Origin: Thermoplasmata archaeon
Lineage (GTDB): Archaea > Thermoplasmatota > Thermoplasmata > Lutacidiplasmatales > UBA184
NCBI GenBank assembly: GCA_050749465.1
Contig: JBOGRO010000051.1
Coordinates: 6,742-70,741, forward strand
Length of the DNA stretch: 64,000 nucleotides
Direction: 5' to 3'
This document shows positions 44,479 through 53,443 of this stretch, piece by piece; position 1 is the first letter of the stretch, and every line of letters starts with the position of its first letter. Position numbers and translations under genes: made by a program. Under the pieces are notes generated by a model. The model made no database searches. It saw only the letters and a program-made list of their open reading frames with translations, and was not told the origin of the DNA.

Positions 44479-45696
44479 TCACGCCCCGGCCCGGCAGGCT
44501 TCTACGATCGCGCGGAACTCGTCGTCGGTCAGGAACCGGCGCTCGGACTCGGCGCGTGCCTTGACGCGACGCACCACCTCCTCGATCCGGTCGGCGGGGA
44601 GCGCAAGGCCGAGCTCGGAGAGCTTGTACTCGATCGCGTGGCGCCCGCTCTTCTTGCCGACGACGACCCCGTAGCGGTTGCCGACGAGCTCGGGGCTGTA
44701 CGCCTCCGAGCCGAGATGGTAGCGCGCCCAGCCCGCGACCGAGATCCCGGATTCGCGGGTGAACGCCCGTGCCCCGACGACCGGGTAGTTCGCGGGCAGC
44801 GGTACGCCGCTGTGCTCGGCGACGACGTGCGAGAGCTCGGCGAACTTCTCGAGGCGGAGGGACGACGGCACGCCGTAGAGGAGCTCGAGCGCGAGCGCTA
44901 CGTGCTCGAGCGGCGCGTTCCCCGTCCGCTCGCCGAGGCCGTTCACGGAGGCGTGGATGACCGACGCCCCCGCGAGGGCGCCCGCGAGGGACGTCGCGAC
45001 CGCGAGGCCGAAGTCGTTGTGGGTGTGGACCTCGATCGGGAGCGGGGAGAACTCCCGGACGAACCGCCGTACGATCCGCGCGTAGCCGTCGGGGCTGGAC
45101 GCGCCGAACGTGTCGACGACCGCGAGCGCGTCCGGACGGGCCTTTTCGACGACCGCGCCGAAGACGCGACGCAGGAACTCCCAATCGCCCCGGGTCGTGT
45201 CGACGCCGAAGAAGACCGTGTAGAGCCCGTGGGACTTCGCGTAATCGATCGCGCGGACCGCGCGGCCGATGACGTCCTCGGGCGGCCAGTCGAACTGCTT
45301 CAACTTCGGCACCCCGACCGGGCCCTCGCAGACGATCCCCTCCACGTCGCACGCACGCGCCGCGTCGATGTCCTCGAGGAGGAGCCGGCCGAACCCGAAG
45401 ACGCGGGCCGAGAGGCCGAGGTGGGCGATCGCCTTCACCGCGACGCGGTCCTCCTCCGAAACGACCGGGAAGCCCGCCTCGAGCCGGGGGACCCCGACCT
45501 CGTCCAGCTTCCGCGCGATCGCGACCTTGTCCTCCGTCCGGAAGACGACCCCCGGTGTCTGCTCGCCGTCGCGCAGCGTGACGTCGTAGAGCGACACGGG
45601 GTGGTCGAGGAGGGGCACCGACGGCCCGTCGACCTCCTCGAAATCGTAGCGACTGACCCAGTGATGCTCCCCTTTCCACGGTTCCGCGTTGGTCAC
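44479..45696 (-). CDS. HMGL-like pyruvate-carboxyltransferase-domain enzyme (homocitrate/isopropylmalate/citramalate synthase family)
   Basis: LYDVTLRDGEQTPGV, IEVHTHNDFGLA, NGLGERTGNAPLE. Short form without a LeuA-type regulatory domain. Start uncertain: GTG 45696, or TTG 45792 overlapping the FAH stop (TTGA). Confidence 0.8.
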   Translation of the reverse strand: MTNAEPWKGEHHWVSRYDFEEVDGPSVPLLDHPVSLYDVTLRDGEQTPGVVFRTEDKVAIARKLDEVGVPRLEAGFPVVSEEDRVAVKAIAHLGLSARVFGFGRLLLEDIDAARACDVEGIVCEGPVGVPKLKQFDWPPEDVIGRAVRAIDYAKSHGLYTVFFGVDTTRGDWEFLRRVFGAVVEKARPDALAVVDTFGASSPDGYARIVRRFVREFSPLPIEVHTHNDFGLAVATSLAGALAGASVIHASVNGLGERTGNAPLEHVALALELLYGVPSSLRLEKFAELSHVVAEHSGVPLPANYPVVGARAFTRESGISVAGWARYHLGSEAYSPELVGNRYGVVVGKKSGRHAIEYKLSELGLALPADRIEEVVRRVKARAESERRFLTDDEFRAIVEACRAGA

Positions 45697-45788
45697 GGCG
45701 GTCTCCCCGACGGCCGAGGTGGCGGAACCCCGATAAGCGTTGGGGGGTAGGGAGCTCGGAAGGCCCCGGCGATCGCGCGCGAGGGAGA

Positions 45789-46778
45789 TCAACGGCCCTC
45801 TTCGACGACCCGGTTGCGCTGCTGGCCGAGCCCCTCGACCTCGGTCTCGACGAGGTCGCCGTGCTTCAGGAAGAACGGAGTCGGGTCCGGCTTACGGAAC
45901 GCGGCGACCCCGGCGACGGTGCCGGTCGAGATGATGTCGCCGGGCTCGAGCGTGACCCACGAGTAGTGGGCGACGATCTCGGGGAGCGTGACCGAGAGGT
46001 GGTCGGTCGAGGAGACCTGGCGCGGGTCGCCGTTGACCTTGAGCTCCATCTTCAGGTGGTGCGGGTCCGGCACGGCGTCCGCGGTGACGAGCCACGGGCC
46101 GAAGACCGCGAAGGAATCGAGGTTCTTCCCGAAGTTCAGGAGCCCGCTCTTCATCTCCTCGCGCTGGATGTCGCGGGCGGTGACGTCGTTGAAGACGACG
46201 TAGCCGGCGATCGCGTCGCGCGCCTCCTCGACCGAGAGGTGCTTCGCGCGGCGACCGATCACGATCCCGACCTCGATCTCGTGGTCGAGCATCTTCGTGA
46301 ACGCGGGCTTGACGATCGGGTCGTACGGCCCGATCACCGCGGACGGGCTCTTGAGGAACGAGATCCAGTGGGGCATCGGGAACTCCCAGCCCGCGTCGCT
46401 CCCTTCCTTCGCGTGCTCCCGGAAGTTGCCGGCGGTGTGGATGATCTTGCCGGGCCGAGGGACCGGCGCCCGGAGGTGCACCGCCGGTGCGGCGAATACC
46501 GTGCGGACCGCTCCGTCCTCGAGCCGCCGCAAGAACGCCGCGTCCTCCGCGAGGCGACGGTCGAGGGCCGTCAGGGCGGAGGTCGCGCGACGGCCGCGAC
46601 GCAGGAGGTCGATGACCGAGGGGGGTCCGAGCGCGCTCGCCAGCTCCCGCGCCCCGGCCGGTTCCTCGTCGGCCAGATGGCGCTCCAGCGCGCGGTGGGC
46701 GTCGACGATCCGGTCGCCCACGACGAGCCCCGCGCGGGGCTCGCCGTAGTACGGTTCGTCGTAGGTTACGAGCTTCAT
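45789..46778 (-). CDS. fumarylacetoacetate hydrolase (FAH)-family protein
   Basis: 329 aa from the ATG at 46778, which overlaps the hyuB stop. C-terminal FAH fold: MLDHEIEVGIVIG, VVFNDVTARD, LEPGDIISTGT. Confidence 0.85.
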   Translation of the reverse strand: MKLVTYDEPYYGEPRAGLVVGDRIVDAHRALERHLADEEPAGARELASALGPPSVIDLLRRGRRATSALTALDRRLAEDAAFLRRLEDGAVRTVFAAPAVHLRAPVPRPGKIIHTAGNFREHAKEGSDAGWEFPMPHWISFLKSPSAVIGPYDPIVKPAFTKMLDHEIEVGIVIGRRAKHLSVEEARDAIAGYVVFNDVTARDIQREEMKSGLLNFGKNLDSFAVFGPWLVTADAVPDPHHLKMELKVNGDPRQVSSTDHLSVTLPEIVAHYSWVTLEPGDIISTGTVAGVAAFRKPDPTPFFLKHGDLVETEVEGLGQQRNRVVEEGR

Positions 46779-48700
46779 CGAACGCTCCTCCGCCGGGGCG
46801 CCGCAAGCCCGGTCGTGGGCGCGGGCGCGTCGGCCATTGGGACGACCCGGAACCGGGTCCGCGTGTATATCGGTTGTCCCTGGTCGAGGAAGACGTCGTC
46901 GCGTCGCCGCTCGTTCGCGAGCTGTGCGCGCAGCTGCCGGGTCCCGTCGGCGTCGTAGCCCGCGGCGCCGTCGTGCAGCACGACGCCGTAGTCCTCCCGC
47001 GCTCGTTCCGGGCTCACTACTTCGTTCTTCACGTCCCGGACCACCGCCGCCGGCTCCCGCCGGAGCGGCGAGCCGTAACCCCCGCCACCGGGGGTCCGCA
47101 GGAAGAGGGTCCCACCGGCCGGGATCGAGAAACTGCCCTTCCCGATCTCCGGCCCCTCCTCGGATCGAGCGTCCGTCGCGACGACGACCCGGCCGTAGAG
47201 CCCGGGGTACCCCCCGAAGAGGCCGTACGGCGACAGGAAGATCCGGTCGGTGTTCACCGTGAGCTCGGCCGGGGCGCCCACCGGTCCGATCCTCCATCGG
47301 ACGGCGAGGCCCCCTCGGAACTCGCCGGGGCCCCCCGAGTCGGGAGCGAGCGAGTACTCGTACGACACCCACGGAAAGTGGGTCTCGAAGACTTCGAGAG
47401 AGATGTGGGCCGGGAATCCCCCGAGCTTCGCCCCGACGACGGCCCCCATCCCATCCTTCGTCGGTCGGGCCCCCATCCCGCCCGGCGGGGTGAGGTACCA
47501 CACGTAGTACCGCCCGCTCCGGGGGTCGACGCCGCCGGCGCTGACGTTGAACGTCGTCCCCATGTCCGCGGCCGGCACGCGGTCGCGCAGCGCGATCGCG
47601 AGCGCCGCCCAGACCGCATCCGTGATCCGGTGGTTCGTCTCGGTGTTCCCGCCGACGACCGCTGCCGGAAAGCGAGCGTGGACGACCGTTCCCTCGGGCG
47701 CCGTGACGTGGATCGGGCGGTAGCAGCCGTGGTTCGTCGGGATGCGGTAGTCGCTGAGGCAAAGGACCGAGTTGTAGGTCGCCGAGCAGAGGACGCCGAA
47801 GGTCGCGTTCAGCGGACCGCGAACCTCGAGATCACTGCCGGTGTAGTCGAAGTAGAGGTCGGAACCTCGGACCGTGACCCGCGCGTGGATCTTCACCGGC
47901 CGGTCGAGGTCGATCCCGTCGGAGTCGAGGAAATCCTCGAACTCGTAGGTGCCGGGGGGCCACTGCGCGATCTCGGCCCGGAGGAGCGCCTCCGAGTGGT
48001 CCTTCGCATACCGACATGAGGCGCGCACCGCCGCGGCCCCGTACCGCCGGACGATCTCGAGGATCCGCGTCCGGCCGGTCTCGCACGCCGCGACCTGGGC
48101 CCGCAGGTCGCCGCGCATGTAGTGCGGCGTTCGGACGTTCGCGAGGAGCAGTTCGAGGACCGCCCGGTTCGGGTGCCCCCGCTCGTACAGCTTGAGCGGA
48201 GGGATGCGGACGCCTTCCTGGAAGATCGTCGTCGAGTCACCGGCGAACGAGCCCGGCCGTGCCCCGCCGATATCGCCGTGGTGCCCTCGATTCGCGGGGA
48301 TCAGGAAGAGCTCGTCGTCGTGGAAGACCGGGAGGAGGATCGTGACGTCGGGGAGATGGTTGCCGCCGCGGAACGGGTCGTTGTGGATCACCACGTCCCC
48401 CGGCGCGAGGTTCTCGGCCCCGATCTCGTCCAGGGCCGCTCGGACCGAGGACTCCATCGTGCCGAGTTGCGGGGGGTTGCTGACCGACTGGGCGACCATT
48501 TCGCCCTCGGGGTCGACGATCGCGCAGGAGAAGTCGTTGATCTCGTTGAAGATCGGGTGAAAGGAGGTCCGCTTCAGCGTCACCCCCATCTCGCGGGGGA
48601 CCGACTGGAGGAGGCCCCGCAGCACCTCGAGGGTGAACGGGTCGCGATCGGGCTCTGGGGACGACGCGGGTCGGGGTCTCCGTCGGGGGCGCGCGGTCAT
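46775..48700 (-). CDS. hyuB: hydantoinase B / oxoprolinase-family subunit (HyuB-like)
   Basis: 641 aa. DPFTLEVLRGLLQSVPREMGVTLKRTSFHPIFNEINDFSCAI...NDPFRGGNHLPD is the typical Hydantoinase_B pattern. Confidence 0.9.
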   Translation of the reverse strand: MTARPRRRPRPASSPEPDRDPFTLEVLRGLLQSVPREMGVTLKRTSFHPIFNEINDFSCAIVDPEGEMVAQSVSNPPQLGTMESSVRAALDEIGAENLAPGDVVIHNDPFRGGNHLPDVTILLPVFHDDELFLIPANRGHHGDIGGARPGSFAGDSTTIFQEGVRIPPLKLYERGHPNRAVLELLLANVRTPHYMRGDLRAQVAACETGRTRILEIVRRYGAAAVRASCRYAKDHSEALLRAEIAQWPPGTYEFEDFLDSDGIDLDRPVKIHARVTVRGSDLYFDYTGSDLEVRGPLNATFGVLCSATYNSVLCLSDYRIPTNHGCYRPIHVTAPEGTVVHARFPAAVVGGNTETNHRITDAVWAALAIALRDRVPAADMGTTFNVSAGGVDPRSGRYYVWYLTPPGGMGARPTKDGMGAVVGAKLGGFPAHISLEVFETHFPWVSYEYSLAPDSGGPGEFRGGLAVRWRIGPVGAPAELTVNTDRIFLSPYGLFGGYPGLYGRVVVATDARSEEGPEIGKGSFSIPAGGTLFLRTPGGGGYGSPLRREPAAVVRDVKNEVVSPERAREDYGVVLHDGAAGYDADGTRQLRAQLANERRRDDVFLDQGQPIYTRTRFRVVPMADAPAPTTGLAAPRRRSVR

Positions 48701-50823
48701 CTCCGCCTCCGTGGGCGTTTACCCAGCGTCGCGAGGAGGTTTCCGAAGCGATCGATCCGGGAGTCCGATCCCGCCGGAAGCACGAGCGTCGTGTCGAGTT
48801 GCTCGACGAGCGCGGGGCCGCGGATCCGGTGGCCCGGACGCAAGCGGGCTCGGTCGTACACCGCCGTGCGGACGAAGCGACCCTCCTCGGCGGAGTAGGC
48901 TCGTCGCTCTCCCTTGCGAGCGACCGACGGCGACGGGTCGGCGACCGACGGCAGTCGCTCCGGACGAGGTCGCGGGACCGCCGCGCTGCCGAGCAGCCGC
49001 AGGGTGATGATCTCGACTTGAGCGGCTTCGTCTCGGTAGGCGTAGTGTTGTTCGTGCTGCGCGTGGAAACGCCGCTCGACCTCGCGCAAGGAACGGTCCG
49101 TGAACCGCCCCGAGGGAGCCGCGATCGGCAGTTCGTGGGCCTGCCCCTGATAGCGCATCGCGAGCGCCCGGTGGAGTCGGACCTTCCTCCGCGCCGCACC
49201 CTGTCGGAGGAGGTCCTCGGTCACCTCCTGCTCGAGGAGGGTCCAGGTGCGTCCGAGGGTCGCGAGGTCGATCGTCCGGGTCGTCCCCACGAGCGAGCGC
49301 ATGCGCTCGACCTTCAGGTCCGAGACCAGGAGGCCGAGCGCCGAGAAGTTCCCCGGGATCCGGGGGTAGACGACCGTTGGGATCCCGGCCTCCGAGGCGA
49401 GGGCCCCCGCGTGGAGCGGACCGGAGCCTCCGAAGCCGACGAGCGCGAAATCTCGGGGGTCGTAGCCGCGCTCGACGGAGACGACCCGCATGGAGCTCGT
49501 CATGTTCGCGTTGACGATCTGGATGACCCCGAGCGCCGCCGACTCCGCCGAGCGGCCCAGCGGGCGACCGACCCGCTCCTCCATGACCCGTTCCGCGCGT
49601 CCCCGGTCGAGGCGCATCTGCCCGCCGAGGAAGTACTCGGGGTCGAGGTACCCGAGGAGGAGGTTCGCGTCGGTGACCGTCGGCGCACTCCCTCCGAGGC
49701 CGTAGCAGGCCGGACCCGGGCTCGATCCGGCGCTCTCGGGGCCGACCCGGAGCGCACCGCCCGCATCCAGGCGTGCGAGCGTACCGCCGCCCGCCCCGAT
49801 CTCGACCAGGTCGGTCACCGGGATGCCGACGAAGTGGTCGTCCCCGATCCAGAAGTTGGTCGTCGTCTCCGCCCGATAGTCCCGGACGATGCAGACTTTC
49901 GCGGTGGTGCCCCCGACGTCGAGCGAGAGGAGGTGGCGAACGCCGAGCTGACGCCCGAGCCACTCCACCGCCGCGACGCCGGCGGCGGGTCCGGACTCGA
50001 GCAGGTAGACCGGCCGCTCGCGCGCGAACGTCGACGTCATGATCCCGCCGTGGGACTGCATGATGTTCACCCCGCCGGAGAAACCGCGGGCGGCGAGCTC
50101 GGACTCGAGCCGCTCGAGATAGGCGCGGACCTTCGGCTGGATGAAGGCGTTCACCACCGTCGTGCTCGTCCGCTCGTACTCCCGGATGACGGGCAGGACG
50201 TCGCTCGATGTCGAGACGGGGATCCCGGGGAGCTCCTCCCGGAGGATCTCGGCGGCGTGCTGCTCGTGGGACGGCCGAAGGAACGAGAAGAGGAACGAGA
50301 CCGCGACCGCCTCCGTCCCGTCGGCGCGCATCGCGCGGGCCGCGCGCCGGACGCCCTCTTCGTCGAGCGGGATCGTCTCGACCCCGGTCGCGTCCACTCG
50401 TTCGGCCACCGTCCATCGTCGAGCGCGGGGGACCAGGGTTCCCCGGCCGCCGACGTAGTCCTGCGGGAGGTCCTTGTCCAGATTGTAGGTGTCCCGCGGG
50501 TCGTTGATCGCCCGCTGCCCCCGCCGGATCTCGAGCACGTCCCGGAACCCCTCGGTCGTCAGCAGGGAGGTCACGGCGCCTTTCCGTTCGACGAGCGCGT
50601 TCGAGCCCTGGGTGGTGGCGTGCGCGAAGAAGTCGATCTCTCGGGGTTCGATGCCGGCCTCGGCGATACCCTGAAGGATCGCTTGCTGGAGATCGTCCGG
50701 CGTGGTGAGGACCTTGATGATCCGGACCCGGCCCCGCGCGTCCGAGATCACGAGGTCCGTGAACGTTCCGCCGATGTCGACACCCACCCGGACCCTTCGG
50801 GAGACCGGCCCGCCCCGGCTCAC
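48697..50823 (-). CDS. hyuA: hydantoinase A / oxoprolinase-family subunit (HyuA-like, ATP-dependent)
   Basis: GTG 50823 overlaps the upstream SDR stop (GTGA). VGVDIGGTFTDLV, LSLDVGGTTAKV and GFGGSGPLHA give the ASKHA-fold hydantoinase A pattern. Confidence 0.9.
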   Translation of the reverse strand: MSRGGPVSRRVRVGVDIGGTFTDLVISDARGRVRIIKVLTTPDDLQQAILQGIAEAGIEPREIDFFAHATTQGSNALVERKGAVTSLLTTEGFRDVLEIRRGQRAINDPRDTYNLDKDLPQDYVGGRGTLVPRARRWTVAERVDATGVETIPLDEEGVRRAARAMRADGTEAVAVSFLFSFLRPSHEQHAAEILREELPGIPVSTSSDVLPVIREYERTSTTVVNAFIQPKVRAYLERLESELAARGFSGGVNIMQSHGGIMTSTFARERPVYLLESGPAAGVAAVEWLGRQLGVRHLLSLDVGGTTAKVCIVRDYRAETTTNFWIGDDHFVGIPVTDLVEIGAGGGTLARLDAGGALRVGPESAGSSPGPACYGLGGSAPTVTDANLLLGYLDPEYFLGGQMRLDRGRAERVMEERVGRPLGRSAESAALGVIQIVNANMTSSMRVVSVERGYDPRDFALVGFGGSGPLHAGALASEAGIPTVVYPRIPGNFSALGLLVSDLKVERMRSLVGTTRTIDLATLGRTWTLLEQEVTEDLLRQGAARRKVRLHRALAMRYQGQAHELPIAAPSGRFTDRSLREVERRFHAQHEQHYAYRDEAAQVEIITLRLLGSAAVPRPRPERLPSVADPSPSVARKGERRAYSAEEGRFVRTAVYDRARLRPGHRIRGPALVEQLDTTLVLPAGSDSRIDRFGNLLATLGKRPRRRR

Positions 50824-51620
50824 CAGAGCACCCGACCTCCGTTGATCAGGACCGCCTCGCCGGTGATGAACGCGGCGTCGTCGGAGCACAGGAAGACCGC
50901 GAGCTTCGCCACCTCCGCCGGGTGCGTGAAGTCCCCGAGCGGGGTCGCCTGCTTGATCTGGGCGATCTTCTCGGGGGTCATATCCGGCCGCGCGAGGATC
51001 GCCGGAGTGTCCATGAACCCCGGCGCGATCGCGTTGACCTGGACGTGCGGGGCGAGCTGGAGGGCGTAGGACTTCGTGAGCCCGAGGAGCGCGTACTTCG
51101 AGGCGGCGTACGGCGGCGACCGCGCGCTTCCCGTGATCACGACGTCCGACGCGACGAAGAGGACTTTCCCACGCGGGTTGCGCGCGAACCGAGGCGCCGC
51201 GGCCTGGGTCATGAGATAGGCGCCCCGCGCGTTGGTGTCCATCACCTCATCCCAGGCGAGCCGGTCGATCCCTTGGGGCGTGCGGCCCGTGACCCCGGCG
51301 TTGTTCACGAGGATGTCGAGCCGCCCCCACCGGGCGTCGAGTTCGCGGAAGAGTTCGGCGACCTGGGCGGGGTCCCCGACGTCGGCGGAGAAGAGGTCGC
51401 TCGCCCCGTTCCGAGCGGTGATCCCGTCGTGGACCGCATTCGCCTCGGCACTCGCGCGACGCTGAACGAGGCCGACCCGCGCCCCTTCCGCGGCGAAGGC
51501 ACGCGCGATCTCAGCGCCGAGCCCCCGCGATGCCCCGGTGACGAGGGCGTTCTTCCCTCTCAATCGCTCCAACGTCGGACCCTTCGAGCGGCGCGGGCGC
51601 TCCACCAGCCGGGGGTCCAT
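50820..51620 (-). CDS. short-chain dehydrogenase/reductase (SDR), third of three tandem copies
   Basis: ATG 51620. ALVTGASRGLG, LVNNAG, YAASK, INGG. Confidence 0.9.
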   Translation of the reverse strand: MDPRLVERPRRSKGPTLERLRGKNALVTGASRGLGAEIARAFAAEGARVGLVQRRASAEANAVHDGITARNGASDLFSADVGDPAQVAELFRELDARWGRLDILVNNAGVTGRTPQGIDRLAWDEVMDTNARGAYLMTQAAAPRFARNPRGKVLFVASDVVITGSARSPPYAASKYALLGLTKSYALQLAPHVQVNAIAPGFMDTPAILARPDMTPEKIAQIKQATPLGDFTHPAEVAKLAVFLCSDDAAFITGEAVLINGGRVLW

Positions 51621-51696
51621 ATCGCTTGCGGCGCCGGGATCGCGGGACGCGTCCCGCGAACCGAACCGGCGGTCCGCGGGAGCCGGTCGAAGAGCA

Positions 51697-52476
51697 TTAC
51701 TCCTCGGAGCCCGCCGACGAGCGCAGGCTCTCCCCGCCGTCAACGACCAGGGTCTCGCCCGTGATGAACCGGGCCATATCCGAGGCGAGAAACACGACCG
51801 CGGCCGCGACGTCGTCCGGCTCGCCCCAACGACCGCGAGGGATGTGCCGACGGATCGCTTCCCGCGGGCCCGGCGTCTCGTGGAGCCCCGCGGTCATCGG
51901 GGTTCGAACCCACCCCGGTGCGACGGCGTTGACCCGCACCGCCGGCGCGAGGGCGAGCGCGAGGCTCCGGGTAACGGAGAGCACGCCGGCCTTCGCGGCG
52001 CCGTAGGCGAGAAAGTCCGGTACCGCGAGTAGCCCGCTGATCGACGCGACGAAGACCACCGAGGCCCCGGAGGTCGCAAAGTGGGGTCGGGCGGCCCGCA
52101 CCAGGGAGTACGGACCGACGAGGTTCGTCTCCAGCGTGGTCCGCCAGGCCGGCACCGTCACGGCCTCCCAACCTGCCGGGCCACCGACCCCGGCGTTCGG
52201 CACCGCGACGTCGATGCGGCCGAGCTGACCGCGCGCCTTCTGCACGAAGTCCTCGGTCTCGTCCGGGTCCGCCGCGTCGCTGGGGAAGGCGATCGCACGC
52301 CGGCCGAGGCGTTCCACCGCGGTGATGACCTCGCGCGCGGCGCGCGCCTCCTTCCGGTAGCTGAAGGCGACGTTCGCCCCTTCGCCGGCCAGCGCGAGCA
52401 CGATGGCGCGCCCGATCCCGCGCGAACCGCCCGTCACGAGGGCGACCTTACCGGCGAACTGCGGCGTGTCGTTCAT
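51697..52476 (-). CDS. short-chain dehydrogenase/reductase (SDR), second of three tandem copies
   Basis: ATG 52476 overlaps the upstream SDR stop (ATGA). ALVTGGSRGIG, PNAG, YGAAK, VDGG. Confidence 0.9.
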   Translation of the reverse strand: MNDTPQFAGKVALVTGGSRGIGRAIVLALAGEGANVAFSYRKEARAAREVITAVERLGRRAIAFPSDAADPDETEDFVQKARGQLGRIDVAVPNAGVGGPAGWEAVTVPAWRTTLETNLVGPYSLVRAARPHFATSGASVVFVASISGLLAVPDFLAYGAAKAGVLSVTRSLALALAPAVRVNAVAPGWVRTPMTAGLHETPGPREAIRRHIPRGRWGEPDDVAAAVVFLASDMARFITGETLVVDGGESLRSSAGSEE

Positions 52477-53300
52477 CGGAGCGGTACCCCCCCGTCGATG
52501 CCGAGGACGAGTCCCGTCACCCAGTCGGCCTCGAGGCTCAGGAGGTAACGGACCGCCGGTGCGACGTCGTCCGGGTCGCCCCATCGGCCGAGCGGGGTCG
52601 CCTTCGCGACCGCCGCGTGGAACAAAGGGTCGGAGTGGCCGGCCCGGTTGATGTCCGTCCGAATGAACCCCGGCGCGACCGCGTTGACCCGGATCCGGGG
52701 AGCGAACTCGAGCGCGAGGGCGCGCGTCGCTTGCTCGACACCGGCTTTTGCGGCCTGGTAAGCGACGGCGCCGGCCTGCGCGTGGGCGCCCAGTACGGAG
52801 GAGACCGTTACGACCGCGGGTCGGACGCTCTGCCGGAGATACGGGAGCGCGGCCCGAACGGTCCGGAACGTCCCTTCGAGGTCGGTCCGGAGCACGATCC
52901 CGAAGTCGTCGGGCCCGACCTCCTCCGTCGCGTCGCCCCGGTAAACGCCGGCGCAGGTCACGACCCCGTCGAGTCGCCCTTTCCAGTCGCCCGCGGCCCG
53001 GACGAGCTTACCCACCGCGTCGCGGTCGCTGACGTCACCCGAGACGACGCGCGCGGCCACGCCGCCCCGAACGACCTCGGCTCGGACCTCTTCGGCCGGC
53101 ACCGTGTTTGTCCCGCGGTGGTGGACGACGACGTCCGAACCGGCCCGCGCGAGCTCGAGCGCGATCGCGCGACCGATTCCGCGCGAGGAGCCGGTCACGA
53201 GGACGACGCGGCCCGAGAGGTCGAACACGAAGGGATAAGGGCGGGGTGGCGGAAAACCCTGCTGAGCGGGGAGGGGGGGAGGCGGGCCGATCGGGGGCAC
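52473..53300 (-). CDS. short-chain dehydrogenase/reductase (SDR), first of three tandem copies
   Basis: VLVTGSSRGIG, YQAAK, IDGG. Start uncertain: GTG 53300 adds a Pro-rich N-terminus; the in-frame GTG 53228 gives a standard SDR N-terminus. Confidence 0.85.
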   Translation of the reverse strand: MPPIGPPPPLPAQQGFPPPRPYPFVFDLSGRVVLVTGSSRGIGRAIALELARAGSDVVVHHRGTNTVPAEEVRAEVVRGGVAARVVSGDVSDRDAVGKLVRAAGDWKGRLDGVVTCAGVYRGDATEEVGPDDFGIVLRTDLEGTFRTVRAALPYLRQSVRPAVVTVSSVLGAHAQAGAVAYQAAKAGVEQATRALALEFAPRIRVNAVAPGFIRTDINRAGHSDPLFHAAVAKATPLGRWGDPDDVAPAVRYLLSLEADWVTGLVLGIDGGVPLR

Positions 53301-53443
53301 GGAAAGGATAATGGGCGGACCGAGCGGGAAAGTCCCCTACGGCGCTTTCTTGTTCTTCCCCCCGCACGTATCGCACCTCGGATGCCTCGAACGGGAGGCG
53401 CCGTCCGGCTCGATCAACTTCGCCTCGGACCGCCTCGTCCGGC

